A stretch of DNA of 32,000 nucleotides from Candidatus Saccharimonadota bacterium (GTDB taxonomy: Bacteria; Pseudomonadota; Gammaproteobacteria; Enterobacterales; Enterobacteriaceae): positions 210,819 through 242,818 of the forward strand of contig NZ_CP046222.1 of assembly GCF_012571795.1 (NCBI RefSeq). The letters are read 5' to 3'. The notes beneath the pieces were generated by a model. It did not search any database. It was not told the DNA's origin and saw nothing but the letters and a program-made list of their open reading frames with translations. A program made the position numbers and the translations under genes. Shown here in pieces: positions 18,463 through 27,753 of this stretch (position 1 is the first letter of the stretch; every line of letters starts with the position of its first letter).

Positions 18463-19956
18463 ATGAATAAAAATATAATACTTCCTGATATAGGCAATGA
18501 AGACATGAAGGTTACTGATATTTTAGTTAAAGAAGGAGAATTTATAACTAAAGATCAGAGTATTATTATTGTAGAAAGTGATAAAACTTCTATGGAAATT
18601 CCTACTAATTATTCTGGAATAATACAAAAAATTTTAGTATCTGTAGGAGATATAGTACATACAGATAGTTTAATATTAACTATTAAAGATAATAATACTA
18701 AAAATACAACACATAAAATACAAGAAGAAAATATTAATAAAATATTTTCTCAAAATATTTTAGTTCCCGATATAGGCACTAAAAGTATGGTAGTAAAACA
18801 AATTTTAGTGCAAAAAAATAGTACAATTAATAAAAATCAATCATTAATTATTATATATAACGACAATCATACAATTGAAATTGCATCTTTATATGCTGGA
18901 TATGTTAAAAAAATAAATATTAAAATTAATGATATCATTCATACAAATGATATTATAATTGTTTTATCTATAAATACTATAAATAATAATATAACTAATA
19001 ATCAAACATCATTTATTAAAACAAATAATATTATTAAAACAAATACTTTATATAATCAAGAACAATATTTTAATGCAACTCCTATTATAAGAAAAATGGC
19101 ACGGGAATTTAAAATTGATCTATCAGAAGTTAAGGGTAGTGGTAATAAAAATAGAATTACTAAAGAGGATATTTTAAAGTTTAGTACACAAAAAACAGAT
19201 ATTAATAATGTTAGTGAATTACATGCAAATATCAATAATTATAAACAATATGGTAATATAGAAAAAATATATTTAAATCATATACAAAAAATTACTAGTG
19301 TAAATCTTACAAATAACTGGAAAAATATTCCGCATGTTACACAGCATATAGAAGTTGATATTACACAATTAGAAAAATTTCGTGTTGAAAAAAATAAAGA
19401 ATTTCAAAATACTAATAGTAATGTTAAACTTACATTATTGAGTTTTATTATAAAAATATGTGCATATGCTTTAAAAAAATATCCATATTTTAATTCATCT
19501 TTGTTAGATAAAGAAACGTTAATTATTAAAAAGTACTATAATATAGGTATTGCTATTAATACTAAACAAGGTTTAATGGTTCCAGTAATATTTGATGTTC
19601 TTAATAAAAGTATTATCGATATTGCGCAAGAAATAATTCTTTTATCACAAAAAGCACAAAAAAAACAACTCATACCAAAAAATATGCAAGGTGGATGTTT
19701 TACTATATCTAATCTAGGTGGTATACGTAGTAATTTTTTTACTCCTATAATTAATGCTCCAGAAGTTGCTATTTTAGGTATATCACAGTCTATTATTAAA
19801 CCTGTATGGGATAGTCAAAAATTTATTCCTAAATTAATGTTGCCATTATCTTTATCTTATGATCATCGAGTAATAAATGGTGTAGATGGAATTATTTTTT
19901 TAAATTATATTTGTAATTTAATACATGATATTAGAAATATATTAATGTACAATTAA
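18463..19956 (+). CDS. aceF: Dihydrolipoyllysine-residue acetyltransferase (PDH E2). It has two lipoyl-type domains, the second lacking the lipoyl-lysine.
   Basis: 497 aa. Domain 1 carries VESDKTSMEIP (K41). Domain 2 carries IIYNDNHTIEIAS, with N135 at the lysine position. The E3/E1-binding domain is ATPIIRKMAREFKIDLSEVKGSG. The catalytic block is LSYDHRVINGVDG. An AAGGA Shine-Dalgarno is present, and the gene starts 11 nt after the aceE stop. Confidence 0.93.
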   Translation: MNKNIILPDIGNEDMKVTDILVKEGEFITKDQSIIIVESDKTSMEIPTNYSGIIQKILVSVGDIVHTDSLILTIKDNNTKNTTHKIQEENINKIFSQNILVPDIGTKSMVVKQILVQKNSTINKNQSLIIIYNDNHTIEIASLYAGYVKKINIKINDIIHTNDIIIVLSINTINNNITNNQTSFIKTNNIIKTNTLYNQEQYFNATPIIRKMAREFKIDLSEVKGSGNKNRITKEDILKFSTQKTDINNVSELHANINNYKQYGNIEKIYLNHIQKITSVNLTNNWKNIPHVTQHIEVDITQLEKFRVEKNKEFQNTNSNVKLTLLSFIIKICAYALKKYPYFNSSLLDKETLIIKKYYNIGIAINTKQGLMVPVIFDVLNKSIIDIAQEIILLSQKAQKKQLIPKNMQGGCFTISNLGGIRSNFFTPIINAPEVAILGISQSIIKPVWDSQKFIPKLMLPLSLSYDHRVINGVDGIIFLNYICNLIHDIRNILMYN

Positions 19957-19984
19957 TTATTAAACTTAATTATAGAAACTTTTT

Positions 19985-21400
19985 ATGAATAAACAAATAA
20001 ATACAGAAGTAGTTGTTATTGGTGGTGGACCAGCAGGATATTCTGCTGCTTTTCGTTGTAGTGATTTAGGTATGAAAACAACAATTATAGAAAAGTATAA
20101 TAATTTAGGTGGAGTATGTTTAAATGTAGGATGTATTCCGTCTAAATCTTTATTACATATTTCTAATATTATTGAAGAAAATAATATATGTAATAAACAA
20201 GGTATTTTTAATAATAAAATTGAATTAAACATACAAAACATATTATTATGGAAAAAGAATATAATAAATAAATTAATTAATGGTCTAAATTTTTTAGCAA
20301 AAAAAAGAAATATAAATATTATAAATGGTACGGCAAAATTCATTACAGAAAATATTATAGAAATCAATAATAATAATAATATTAAACAGATTTTTTTTAA
20401 AAATGCAATTATTGCTACTGGTTCTAGATCAAATACATTACCAATAATTCCTAATGATAAACGTATATGGAATTCAACAGATGCATTAATGTTAAAAACT
20501 ATACCTAAAAAAATGTTAATTTTAGGAGCAGGAATTATTGGATTAGAAATGGCTACTATTTATAATACTTTAGGATCTAAAATAGATGTTGTAGAAATAT
20601 CAAAGGATTTATTACCAGAAATTGATCAAGATATTATTAATGTTTATAAAAAATGTATTCAACAAAAATTTACTGTATTATTAAACACACAAATTATATC
20701 TATAGATAACACAAAAGATATATTACAAGTACATATGACTAGTGATAATCAACAATCTATATATTCTAAATCGTATGACATTATTTTAGTAGCTATAGGT
20801 AGAATACCAAATTCTAATTATATTAATCAAGATTTTAATAAAATAAAAATGAATCATAAAAACTTTATTTGTGTGGATAATCAAATGAGAACTAATATTC
20901 CTAATATATATGCTATTGGTGATGTTATAGGACCTCCTCTTTTAGCACATAAAGGTATGCATGAAGGTCATTTAGCAGCAGAAGTAATTGCTGGTAAAAA
21001 ACATTATTTTATTCCAAAAATTATACCATCAATAGCATATACTAATCCAGAAATTGGTTGGGTAGGAATAACAGAAAAACAAGCTAAAATAGATAATATA
21101 GTATATAAAACATCATGTTTCCCATGGAATGCTTTAGGTAGAGCAATGACAAGTAATGCTGAATATGGTTTAACTAAATTAATTATAGAAAAATGTTCTA
21201 ATAGAATTATTGGAGGATGTGTTATAGGACCTAATGCAGGAGAATTATTAGGAGAAATTAGTTTAGCTATTGAAATGGGATGTGATATAGAAGATATAGC
21301 ATTAACAATTCATGCACATCCTACATTATATGAATCAATCGGATTGGCTGCAGAAATATTAACAGGTTCTATTACAGATATTTTAAATATTACTAAATAA
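19985..21400 (+). CDS. lpdA: Dihydrolipoyl dehydrogenase (E3)
   Basis: 471 aa. It has GGGPAGYSAAFRC..LGGVCLNVGCIPSK (FAD site plus redox disulfide), IGDV..PLLAHKG and the C-terminal HAHPTLYES. aceE-aceF-lpdA synteny is preserved. Confidence 0.95.
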   Translation: MNKQINTEVVVIGGGPAGYSAAFRCSDLGMKTTIIEKYNNLGGVCLNVGCIPSKSLLHISNIIEENNICNKQGIFNNKIELNIQNILLWKKNIINKLINGLNFLAKKRNINIINGTAKFITENIIEINNNNNIKQIFFKNAIIATGSRSNTLPIIPNDKRIWNSTDALMLKTIPKKMLILGAGIIGLEMATIYNTLGSKIDVVEISKDLLPEIDQDIINVYKKCIQQKFTVLLNTQIISIDNTKDILQVHMTSDNQQSIYSKSYDIILVAIGRIPNSNYINQDFNKIKMNHKNFICVDNQMRTNIPNIYAIGDVIGPPLLAHKGMHEGHLAAEVIAGKKHYFIPKIIPSIAYTNPEIGWVGITEKQAKIDNIVYKTSCFPWNALGRAMTSNAEYGLTKLIIEKCSNRIIGGCVIGPNAGELLGEISLAIEMGCDIEDIALTIHAHPTLYESIGLAAEILTGSITDILNITK

Positions 21401-21494
21401 ATATTATTTATTAATATTTAATGATATATATCAAATGATAATTATTTATTAATTATTATAATAAATTTTATTAATTAAATAGATATTAAAATAT

Positions 21495-22787
21495 ATGTTT
21501 AATTATAAAAAATTTAATTTAATATTAAATAATATTAATATTCCTGTTTTTAAAAAACAAAAATTTTATCTTAAAACATATTTTGATAAAATATCAAATA
21601 ATTATATTGATATTTCACAAGTCATTAATTCTGCCATAATCGATTGCCATAATAATGGTGGTGGTACAGTTATTATTCCTGATGGAGAGTTTTATTGTGG
21701 GCCTATACATCTTAAAAGTAATGTAAATTTATTTTTATGTGCAAATACTATTATAAAATTTTTTACTGATCCTAAAAAATATTTTAATGTTTTAACTAGA
21801 TGGGAAGGTATAGATTGTATTAATTATACTCCTTTAATTTATGCATATAATCAAACAAATATAGCTATTACAGGATATGGAACATTAGATGGACAAGCTA
21901 GTTTATATAATTGGTGGTCTTGGAAAAAAAATATTGATAATACAACTTTACAAGATAAAGATGTAAAATTATTAATTCACATGATGGAAAATAATATTCC
22001 AATTAATAAAAGAATTTTTGGATATAATCATTTTCTTAGACCTAATTTTATACAATTATATTTATGTTCTAATATTTTAATTACAGGAATAACTATTATT
22101 AATTCTCCTATGTGGGAAATACATCCATTATTAAGTAATAATATTTACATCAATAATGTGACTATTAATAGTATAGGTCCTAATAATGACGGTTGCAATC
22201 CAGAATCTTGTAGTAATGTTTTAATTGATAATTGTTATTTTAATACAGGAGATGATTGTATTGCTATTAAATCAGGTAAAAATAGTGATGGTAGAAAAAT
22301 TAATATAGCTTCAAAAAATATTATTATACAAAATTGTTTAATGAATAAAGGACATGGGGCAATTGTTTTAGGTAGTGAATGTACTGGTGGAATAAATAAT
22401 ATTTTTATAAGAAATTGCAAAACCATTGGTGAACAATTACAATCTTTTTTAAGAATTAAAAATAATGCTGTACGTGGTGGTATTATAAATAATATATATA
22501 TAACAGATATTAATATTCAATGTATTAAATCTAGTTTTTTAAATATTAATTTATTATATGATGAAGGACAAAATGGAACATATTTACCAAAAATATATAA
22601 TATATATATAAATAATATTTATATAAACTTATGTTACAGAGTTATAGATATAAATTCTTTTATACATTCATTTATTAATAATATTTTTTTGCAAAATAGT
22701 ATTTTTAAAAATATTAAATATCCTTCTAAAATTCAGATTTTTAATAAAGATAATTTAATTAATTTTAATAATGTAAAATTTTTATAA
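21495..22787 (+). CDS. Glycoside hydrolase family 28 protein (polygalacturonase / pectinase)
   Basis: 430 aa. All four GH28 signature blocks occur in the canonical order: GPNNDGCNP (D232, nt 22188-22190), TGDDCIAIKSG (D253/D254, nt 22251-22256), KGHGAIVLGSE (H287) and FLRIKNNAVRGG (R320/K322). The N-terminal GGGTVIIPDGEFYCGPIHLKSNVNL and TRWEGIDCINYTPLIYA blocks are typical of bacterial GH28 beta-helix enzymes. I see no hydrophobic signal peptide and no obvious Shine-Dalgarno. Confidence 0.85.
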   Translation: MFNYKKFNLILNNINIPVFKKQKFYLKTYFDKISNNYIDISQVINSAIIDCHNNGGGTVIIPDGEFYCGPIHLKSNVNLFLCANTIIKFFTDPKKYFNVLTRWEGIDCINYTPLIYAYNQTNIAITGYGTLDGQASLYNWWSWKKNIDNTTLQDKDVKLLIHMMENNIPINKRIFGYNHFLRPNFIQLYLCSNILITGITIINSPMWEIHPLLSNNIYINNVTINSIGPNNDGCNPESCSNVLIDNCYFNTGDDCIAIKSGKNSDGRKINIASKNIIIQNCLMNKGHGAIVLGSECTGGINNIFIRNCKTIGEQLQSFLRIKNNAVRGGIINNIYITDINIQCIKSSFLNINLLYDEGQNGTYLPKIYNIYINNIYINLCYRVIDINSFIHSFINNIFLQNSIFKNIKYPSKIQIFNKDNLINFNNVKFL

Positions 22788-23960
22788 TTATAATAATATA
22801 TCTTGTATAATATTATAATATATTTTGTATAAAACATAGATATCATTAATATTAACACATTCGTTAATTTTATGTATAGTAGAATTTTTTAATCCTAATT
22901 CTACTATTTGTGCTTTTGTTTTTATAATAAATCGTCCATCAGAAGTTCCGCCATCATTAATTAATGATGGAGTAATTTTATTAATTAATTTAATATTATG
23001 TTTAACTATATTTACTAAATTTCTTTTATTATAATGATTAATGTCATTATATGTACTTATAAAAGGTTTACCAGATAAAAACCAATCTAAATCATAAGTA
23101 GTAATATATTTTTTAATAATATTATTAATTTTATCTATTATATAAGAATAATGTATATTATGTGTATAACGAAAATTTATTTGTATGTTAATATTATTAG
23201 GAATAATATTAGTATTATTTTGTATAGCAGAAATAATATTAGTAATTTGCATACTAGTATTAGGTAAAAATAAATTATTTTTTTCCCATATAATATTTAG
23301 TAATTCTTGTAAAAATGGTATAGTAATATGTATAGGATTAATAGCAAGTTTATGATATGCTACATGTCCTTGTACACCATTAATTTTTAAAAAAATATTT
23401 AAAGAACCTCTCCTGCCATTTTTAATATTATCACCTATAATTTTATAGCTAGTTGGTTCTCCTAATATACAGTAATCAATAATTTCTTTTTGAGATATTA
23501 ATTTTTTTATAACTTTTATTGTACCATCTTCTGCTGTTCCTTCTTCATCAGAAGTAATTAAAAATGCTATTTTACCATGATAAACTTTATTTGTTAGGAT
23601 AAATAATTTAGCTGCAAATATCATTGCAGCTAAAGCACCTTTCATATCACATGCACCACGACCATATAAAATATTATTATTAATAGTTGCTTTAAATGGA
23701 TGATATTTCCATGATGTTATATTACCTGGAGTAACAACATCTGTATGTCCTGCAAAAACTAATGTTGGTGTAATATTTTTAATATAATTACAACTATGAT
23801 ATGCCCAAAAATTTTTGGTATTATTGATATTAATAATATCAATAAAAAAACCTAATTGTTTTAAAAATTTTATTAATAATGTTTGACACCCAGCATCATT
23901 AGGACTAATAGAAGGACATTGAATAATTTTTTGTGTAAATGATATAATTTCTTTTAACAT
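22788..23960 (-). CDS. dapE: Succinyl-diaminopimelate desuccinylase
   Basis: 390 aa. It is colinear with recalled E. coli DapE through SISPNDAGCQ, FAGHTDVV.PG, GRGACDMKGALAAM, FLITSDEEG, LGEPTS, KNGRRGSL, GVQGHVAY and TIHKINECV. Confidence 0.88.
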   Translation of the reverse strand: MLKEIISFTQKIIQCPSISPNDAGCQTLLIKFLKQLGFFIDIININNTKNFWAYHSCNYIKNITPTLVFAGHTDVVTPGNITSWKYHPFKATINNNILYGRGACDMKGALAAMIFAAKLFILTNKVYHGKIAFLITSDEEGTAEDGTIKVIKKLISQKEIIDYCILGEPTSYKIIGDNIKNGRRGSLNIFLKINGVQGHVAYHKLAINPIHITIPFLQELLNIIWEKNNLFLPNTSMQITNIISAIQNNTNIIPNNINIQINFRYTHNIHYSYIIDKINNIIKKYITTYDLDWFLSGKPFISTYNDINHYNKRNLVNIVKHNIKLINKITPSLINDGGTSDGRFIIKTKAQIVELGLKNSTIHKINECVNINDIYVLYKIYYNIIQDILL

Positions 23961-23990
23961 ATATTTTAAGTTTTATTAAATGTTAACGTT

Positions 23991-24022
23991 ATTTTTTATG
24001 AAATTCATATTTCATAAAAAAT
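23991..24022 (-). terminator. Hairpin immediately downstream of the lon stop (possible lon terminator / dapE 5' element)
   Basis: A perfect 14-bp inverted repeat, ATTTTTTATGAAAT (23991-24004) / ATTTCATAAAAAAT (24009-24022), with the 4-nt loop TCAT. It begins 2 nt after the lon stop codon. The stem is A/T-rich with a single G:C pair. Confidence 0.3.
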
Positions 24023-24024
24023 AA

Positions 24025-26361
24025 TTAACATAGTTTATTTAATAAAGATAATTGCCAAACTTCTTCAATTTTATTAACTGGATAAATTTTTAAATCAGTA
24101 ACAATATTTTTAGGTATATCTTCTAAATCTCTTTTATTTTGATATGGTATTAACACAATATTTATTCCACCTCTATGAGCTGCTAATAATTTCTCTTTTA
24201 ACCCACCTATAGGTAATATTTGACCTCGTAAAGTAATTTCACCAGTCATAGCAATATTAGCTTTTACAGGATTATTACTTAAACTTGATGCTAAAGCCGT
24301 ACAAACAGCTATTCCTGCGCTAGGACCATCTTTAGGAGTAGCACCTTCAGGTACATGTACATGAATATCAATTTCTTTATAAAAATTATTATTAATACCT
24401 AATAATAAAGTATGTGCTCTAACTACTGTTAAAGCAGCTTGTATAGACTCTTGCATTACTTTTCCCAAAGAACCTGTATATGTTAGTTTCCCTTTGCCAG
24501 GTATACATGAAGTTTCAATAGTTAATAAATCACCACCAACTTCTGTCCAAGCCAAACCAATAACTTGCCCTATACAATTTATATTTTCGGCTTTTCCATA
24601 ATCAAATTTTTTTACGCCCAAAAATTTTTTTAAATTTGTTTTGTTAATTTCTATACTAGTAATATTATTATTACTAACTAAAATTTTTTTTACAGCTTTT
24701 CTACATAAAGAAGCTAATTCTCTTTCTAAGTTTCTAACACCTGATTCTCTTGTATAATATCTAATTATATCAATAATTGCATCTTTTTTAATATTTAATT
24801 CTGTAAATTTTAGTGCATTACGATAAAATTGTTTAGGTAATAAATATTTTTGTGCAATATTTAATTTTTCATCTTCAGTATATCCAGATAATTTAATTAC
24901 TTCCATTCGATCTAATAATGGTAATGGAATATTTGTAATAGAATTAGATGTAGCAACAAACATAACATCAGAAAGATCATAATCTACTTCTAGATAATGA
25001 TCATTAAAAGAAATATTTTGTTCAGGATCTAATACTTCTAATAACGCAGCAGCAGGATCTCCTCTCATATCATATGAAATTTTGTCAATTTCATCTAATA
25101 AAAGTAATGGATTTTTTACTCCTGTTTTTATGATTTTTTGAATAATTTTGCCCGGCATAGATCCTATATATGTACGTCTATGTCCTCTAATTTCTCCTTC
25201 ATCACGGATACCACCTAATGCCATTCTTATAAATTTTCTTCCAGTTGTTCTTGCAATAGATTTACCTAATGAAGTTTTTCCAACTCCTGGAGGACCTACT
25301 AAACATAAAATTGGCCCTTTTATTTTATTAGACCTATTTTGTACAGCTAAATATTCTAAAATACGTTCTTTAACATATTCTAATCCAAAATGATCTTGAT
25401 CTAATGTTATTTTAGCAGTAAATAAATTTTTTTTTAATCTACTTTTTTTATACCATGGTATTTGTATCATCCATTCTATATAACTTCTTACAACAGTAGC
25501 TTCTGCCGATATTGCAGACATCATTTTTAATTTTTGTAATTCTGATATTGTTTTTTCTAAAGCTTCTTTTGACATTTTAGCTGAATCTATTTTTTTTCTT
25601 AAAATTTCATTTTCATCAGGATAAATATCCATATCACCTAATTCTTTTTGTATGGCTTTTATTTGTTCATTTAAATAGTATTCTCTTTGACTTTTTTCCA
25701 TCTGTTTTTTTACTCTATTACGAATTTTTTTTTCAACTTGTAATAGATCTATTTCAGATTCTATAATAGCCATTAAATACTCTAATCTTTCACTGATATT
25801 AAACATTTCTAATATTAATTGTTTATCTGATAATTTTAAAGGCATATGAGAAGCTATAGTATCAGCTAATTTATCTATACTATTAATATTTTTTAAAGAT
25901 GATAATACTTCAGGCGGAATTTTATTATTTAGTTTAATATAACTCTCAAATTGATTAATTGCAGTACGCATTAATACTATCTTTTCTTTTTCTACTAACT
26001 TAGGAGAATCAATATAATAAATTTTAGCTGTAAAATATTTACCATTATCTAATAATGTATCAATTTTAGCTCTTTGCAATCCTTTGACTAAAATTTTTAA
26101 TGTACCATCTGGTAATTTTAACATTTGTAAAATTAATGTAATTGTGCCAATAGAAAATAAATCATTTAAATCAGGATTATCTTTTAAAGCATCTTTTTGT
26201 GCAACTAACATAACTTTTTTATTATTATTCATTACTGCTTCTAAACATTGAATAGATTTTTTTCTACCAATAAATAAAGGAATTACCATATGAGGATATA
26301 CTACCACATCACGTAATGGTAACACAGGTATTACAATACGTTCTGGCTGATTAACATCCAT
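24025..26361 (-). CDS. lon: ATP-dependent Lon protease
   Basis: 778 aa. It has Walker A GPPGVGKTS, the catalytic Ser block PKDGPSAG and the Lys block GGLKEKLLAAHRGG. GAGGG lies 5 nt before the ATG. clpP-clpX-lon synteny is preserved. Confidence 0.96.
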   Translation of the reverse strand: MDVNQPERIVIPVLPLRDVVVYPHMVIPLFIGRKKSIQCLEAVMNNNKKVMLVAQKDALKDNPDLNDLFSIGTITLILQMLKLPDGTLKILVKGLQRAKIDTLLDNGKYFTAKIYYIDSPKLVEKEKIVLMRTAINQFESYIKLNNKIPPEVLSSLKNINSIDKLADTIASHMPLKLSDKQLILEMFNISERLEYLMAIIESEIDLLQVEKKIRNRVKKQMEKSQREYYLNEQIKAIQKELGDMDIYPDENEILRKKIDSAKMSKEALEKTISELQKLKMMSAISAEATVVRSYIEWMIQIPWYKKSRLKKNLFTAKITLDQDHFGLEYVKERILEYLAVQNRSNKIKGPILCLVGPPGVGKTSLGKSIARTTGRKFIRMALGGIRDEGEIRGHRRTYIGSMPGKIIQKIIKTGVKNPLLLLDEIDKISYDMRGDPAAALLEVLDPEQNISFNDHYLEVDYDLSDVMFVATSNSITNIPLPLLDRMEVIKLSGYTEDEKLNIAQKYLLPKQFYRNALKFTELNIKKDAIIDIIRYYTRESGVRNLERELASLCRKAVKKILVSNNNITSIEINKTNLKKFLGVKKFDYGKAENINCIGQVIGLAWTEVGGDLLTIETSCIPGKGKLTYTGSLGKVMQESIQAALTVVRAHTLLLGINNNFYKEIDIHVHVPEGATPKDGPSAGIAVCTALASSLSNNPVKANIAMTGEITLRGQILPIGGLKEKLLAAHRGGINIVLIPYQNKRDLEDIPKNIVTDLKIYPVNKIEEVWQLSLLNKLC

Positions 26362-26441
26362 AAAACCCTCTCTTTATTGTATAATAATTTTATATTATAA
26401 AATATAATTAATAATATAAAAAATATATTATATAATGATAT

Positions 26442-27692
26442 TTATGTTTTATATTTTATAATAGGTTCTGATAAGTTTTTTATAACATTAGCAGTAATTA
26501 TAACTTTATTTACATTTAATAATGATGGAATATCATACATTATATTTAATAAAGTTTTTTCCATAATAGTTTTTAATCCTCTAGCACCTATATTTAATTT
26601 TATAGCACTATTTACTATTTCTTGAATAGCTAATTCTTCAAATTCTAAGCTAATATTTTCATATTGAAATAATGTTTGATATTGTTTAATAAGAGCATTA
26701 TAAGGTTCTAATAAAACTTTTTTCAATCCATTTTTATTTAATGACGTTAATGTAACAATTACAGGCAAACGACCAATAAATTCAGGAATTAAACCAAATT
26801 TAATTAAATCATTAGATGTAACACTATCTATATAATTAATAAATTTTTCTGATTTTTTATTATATTGTCCTTTATTTATATTAAATCCTATAGACGTATA
26901 TGAATCATTAGAACGTGAACTAATTATTTTATCTAAACCATAAAAAGAACCAGCACATATAAATAATATATTTTTTGTATCTACTTGTATACATTCTTGT
27001 TGTGGATGTTTTCTACCTCCTTGAGGTGGTACAGATGCAATAGTACCTTCTATTAACTTTAATAAAGCCTGTTGAACACCTTCTCCAGATACATCACGTG
27101 TTAAAGATACATTATCAGATTTTTTAGCAATCTTATCTATTTCATCAATATAAATAATACCTTTTTGCGTTTTTTCAATATTAAAATTTGCATTTTGCAA
27201 TAATTTTTGTATAATATTTTCTACATCTTCTCCAACATATCCTGCTTCTGTCAATGTTGTAGCATCAACAATAGCAAATGGAACATCTAAAAAACGTGCT
27301 AATGTTTTAGCTAACAATGTTTTTCCACTGCCTGTAGGACCTATTAATAAAACATTATTTTTTTCAATTTCTATCTTATTGTGTTTTTTAATATCAGAAA
27401 GTTGCAATCTCTTATAATGATTATATACAGCTACTGATAATATTTTTTTTGCTAATTCTTGTTCAATAACATATTTATTTAGATATTGAAAAATTTTATG
27501 TGGTGTTAATGCTTTATTAAAAATAATATTATTATTAATATTATTTTTATAAATAATATTATTACATAATATAATACATTTATCACAAATATAAGCTTTA
27601 TTTCCTGATACTAATTTATTAACTTCATTTTGAAATTTACCACAAAAGGAGCAACATAATAGATTATTTAAATCATCCTTTTTATTTATCAT
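26442..27692 (-). CDS. clpX: ATP-dependent Clp protease ATP-binding subunit ClpX (start moved to the second ATG)
   Basis: It has the Zn-finger CSFCGK..CDKC, Walker A GPTGSGKT, the IGF loop (SIGFN) and [11 protein letters not shown]. The track start at 27707 (MRFFY-) overlaps a GAGG Shine-Dalgarno that sits 9 nt upstream of the ATG at 27692. MINKKDD.. aligns with the E. coli N-terminus MTDKRKD... Confidence 0.93.
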   Translation of the reverse strand: MINKKDDLNNLLCCSFCGKFQNEVNKLVSGNKAYICDKCIILCNNIIYKNNINNNIIFNKALTPHKIFQYLNKYVIEQELAKKILSVAVYNHYKRLQLSDIKKHNKIEIEKNNVLLIGPTGSGKTLLAKTLARFLDVPFAIVDATTLTEAGYVGEDVENIIQKLLQNANFNIEKTQKGIIYIDEIDKIAKKSDNVSLTRDVSGEGVQQALLKLIEGTIASVPPQGGRKHPQQECIQVDTKNILFICAGSFYGLDKIISSRSNDSYTSIGFNINKGQYNKKSEKFINYIDSVTSNDLIKFGLIPEFIGRLPVIVTLTSLNKNGLKKVLLEPYNALIKQYQTLFQYENISLEFEELAIQEIVNSAIKLNIGARGLKTIMEKTLLNIMYDIPSLLNVNKVIITANVIKNLSEPIIKYKT

Positions 27693-27753
27693 GTAAAAAA
27701 ACCTCATTTATATAAATAATTTTATTTTACAAATTAGTACGATCATAAACAAT

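Noticed and set aside
19966-20367. 133-aa ORF on the minus strand overlapping the start of lpdA
   Set aside because: It is entirely antisense to the highly conserved lpdA N-terminus. Its product is low-complexity and I/F/L-rich with no recognisable motif. Long stop-free antisense frames are expected by chance opposite real genes.
21401-22800. The GH28 gene as a recent horizontally acquired island
   Set aside because: By eye there is no compositional contrast with the flanks. There is no adjacent tRNA, integrase, IS remnant or flanking direct repeat. This looks like long-resident DNA, although ancient acquisition cannot be excluded.
25148-25393. 81-aa plus-strand ORF inside lon
   Set aside because: It is antisense to the Lon AAA+ Walker region. 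Its relatively G/C-rich codons simply mirror the conserved lon sequence.
27693-27707. Five-codon N-terminal extension of clpX (MRFFY) from the ORF track
   Set aside because: The upstream ATG overlaps the GAGG that serves as the Shine-Dalgarno for the ATG at 27692. The shorter protein matches the E. coli ClpX N-terminus.
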